Shown one piece after another: positions 27,043 to 28,035 of a DNA stretch of 28,035 nucleotides (position 1 is its first letter; each line of letters starts with the position of its first letter). Source of the DNA: a virus (Duplodnaviria; Heunggongvirae; Uroviricota; Caudoviricetes). The DNA lies in IMG/VR virus record IMGVR_UViG_2563366924_000006, positions 1 to 28,035 of that record, one strand, 5' to 3'. Both the position numbers and the translations under genes were made by a program. The notes beneath the pieces are model-generated. The model worked only from the letters and a program-made list of their open reading frames with translations. It ran no database searches and had not been told where the DNA came from.

Positions 27043-28035
27043 ATGTCGATTAAGAAGCTTGATGATGGTCGTTTTGAAGTGGATGTAAGACCGCGCGGGA
27101 CTTCAGGAAGAAGAATCCGGCGTAAATTTGACAGAAAGGCAGAGGCCCAGACATTTGAGCGGTACGTACTGACAAACTTTCACGATAAAGAATGGCAGGA
27201 CAAACCGGCAGATCAAAGGCTCGTATCTGAATTGATTACTTTATGGTGGAGTTATCACGGGAAAAATCACAACTATGGTGATTCTTACCGAAAGCGTCTG
27301 GAGAAGATCCACCGCGAAATGGGCGAACCCAGAATCTACATGCTGACCCGTAACTTTTTGATGAAGTATCGCGCTACCAGGTTGCAAAGCGGTGTATCAG
27401 CAGGAACGGTAAACAGAGATTTCAGTGCTATGTCCAGCATGTTTAGCCTGCTGATCGACATGGAAGAATTCCACCATGAAAATCCCTTCCATAGCGTGCG
27501 TAAGCTGAAACTGGAAAACACAGAAATGTCGTTCCTGTCAGAGGATGAAGCTCGGGAATTGCTGAATGCTTTGACTGATGATGACCGCAGAGTTGTAGTC
27601 CTCAGCCTGAATACAGGTGCGAGGTGGGGGGAAGCCAGCAATCTCAAGGCTGAACATGTTATCAGTAATAAGGTGACTTTTGTGAAGACCAAAACAGGCC
27701 CAGCGCGTACCGTTCCGGTTTCACAGGAGGTTGCTGATTATATCCTCACCCGGAAATCAGGAAAGCTTTTTAAAACTGACTACCAGCGCGTTCGTGAGGT
27801 GCTTCGTAAGATAAAGCCCGATTTACCTAAAGGTCAGGCACTGCATGTTTTGCGGCACACCTTCGCAACTCATTTCATGATCAATGGCGGGAATATCATT
27901 ACCCTTCAGAGAATACTGGGGCATACAACGATTGAGCAAACCATGACGTACGCTCACTTTGCCCCGGACTATCTGGCTGATGCAATCAGGTTTAATCCCA
28001 TGAAAGGGAGTGTCCATATAACGTCCACTGACTAG
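27043..28035 (+). CDS. int: Tyrosine integrase, P2 Int-like
   Basis: 330 aa from the ATG at 27043 (GGAGGG ribosome-binding site): MSIKKLDDGRFEVDVRPRG... resembles recalled P2 Int MAIKKLDDGRYEVDIRP; catalytic region LSLNTGARWGEASNLKAEHV, HVLRHTFATHFMINGG and the Tyr in TMTYAHF; TAG stop is the last codon of the window. Confidence 0.9.
   Translation: MSIKKLDDGRFEVDVRPRGTSGRRIRRKFDRKAEAQTFERYVLTNFHDKEWQDKPADQRLVSELITLWWSYHGKNHNYGDSYRKRLEKIHREMGEPRIYMLTRNFLMKYRATRLQSGVSAGTVNRDFSAMSSMFSLLIDMEEFHHENPFHSVRKLKLENTEMSFLSEDEARELLNALTDDDRRVVVLSLNTGARWGEASNLKAEHVISNKVTFVKTKTGPARTVPVSQEVADYILTRKSGKLFKTDYQRVREVLRKIKPDLPKGQALHVLRHTFATHFMINGGNIITLQRILGHTTIEQTMTYAHFAPDYLADAIRFNPMKGSVHITSTD

Larger units (their letters stand above)
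1069..28035. mobile_element. P2-like temperate myovirus / prophage (partial or near-complete); true ends not defined within the window
   Basis: Contiguous set of P2-family genes: int, C, cox, ogr, P, Q, O, N, M, L plus contractile-tail and lysis genes; tight gene packing with overlapping stop/start codons; window ends exactly at the int stop codon. Confidence 0.85.

Noticed and set aside
1-28035. tRNA, rRNA or CRISPR arrays
   Set aside because: No cloverleaf-compatible tRNA signature (for example a GGTTCGANTCC T-arm) was seen at either window edge, and there are no regularly spaced repeat-spacer arrays.

Overview
The window is almost entirely one P2-like (peduovirus-type) temperate myovirus or prophage, read here from the tail end (left) to the integrase (right). 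Right arm: tyrosine integrase and C repressor (+), divergent from cox (-), followed on the minus strand by an AT-rich three-gene cargo block (including a T4 DexA-like exonuclease) and a P4 alpha-type primase-helicase. Centre: Ogr/Delta zinc-finger late activator, terminase ATPase (P) and portal (Q) on the + strand, divergent from one long minus-strand late operon: scaffold O, major capsid N, small terminase M, head completion L, tail completion proteins, sheath, tube, an embedded lysis cassette (holin, M15 endolysin, overlapped i/o-spanins), tail chaperone with a programmed -1 frameshift, tape measure, baseplate W/J/I-like proteins, tail fibre H, fibre assembly G, two unassigned proteins and a gpV-like hub/spike, ending in a rho-independent terminator. 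The left ~1 kb is non-coding: a GC-rich block and an AT-rich array of 9-bp repeats. No rRNA, tRNA or CRISPR was seen. All homology calls rest on motif recognition and recalled P2/T4 protein sequences, not on a database search. Best candidates for something new are the AT-rich early cargo block, the repeat array, and the two unassigned genes downstream of the fibre assembly gene.
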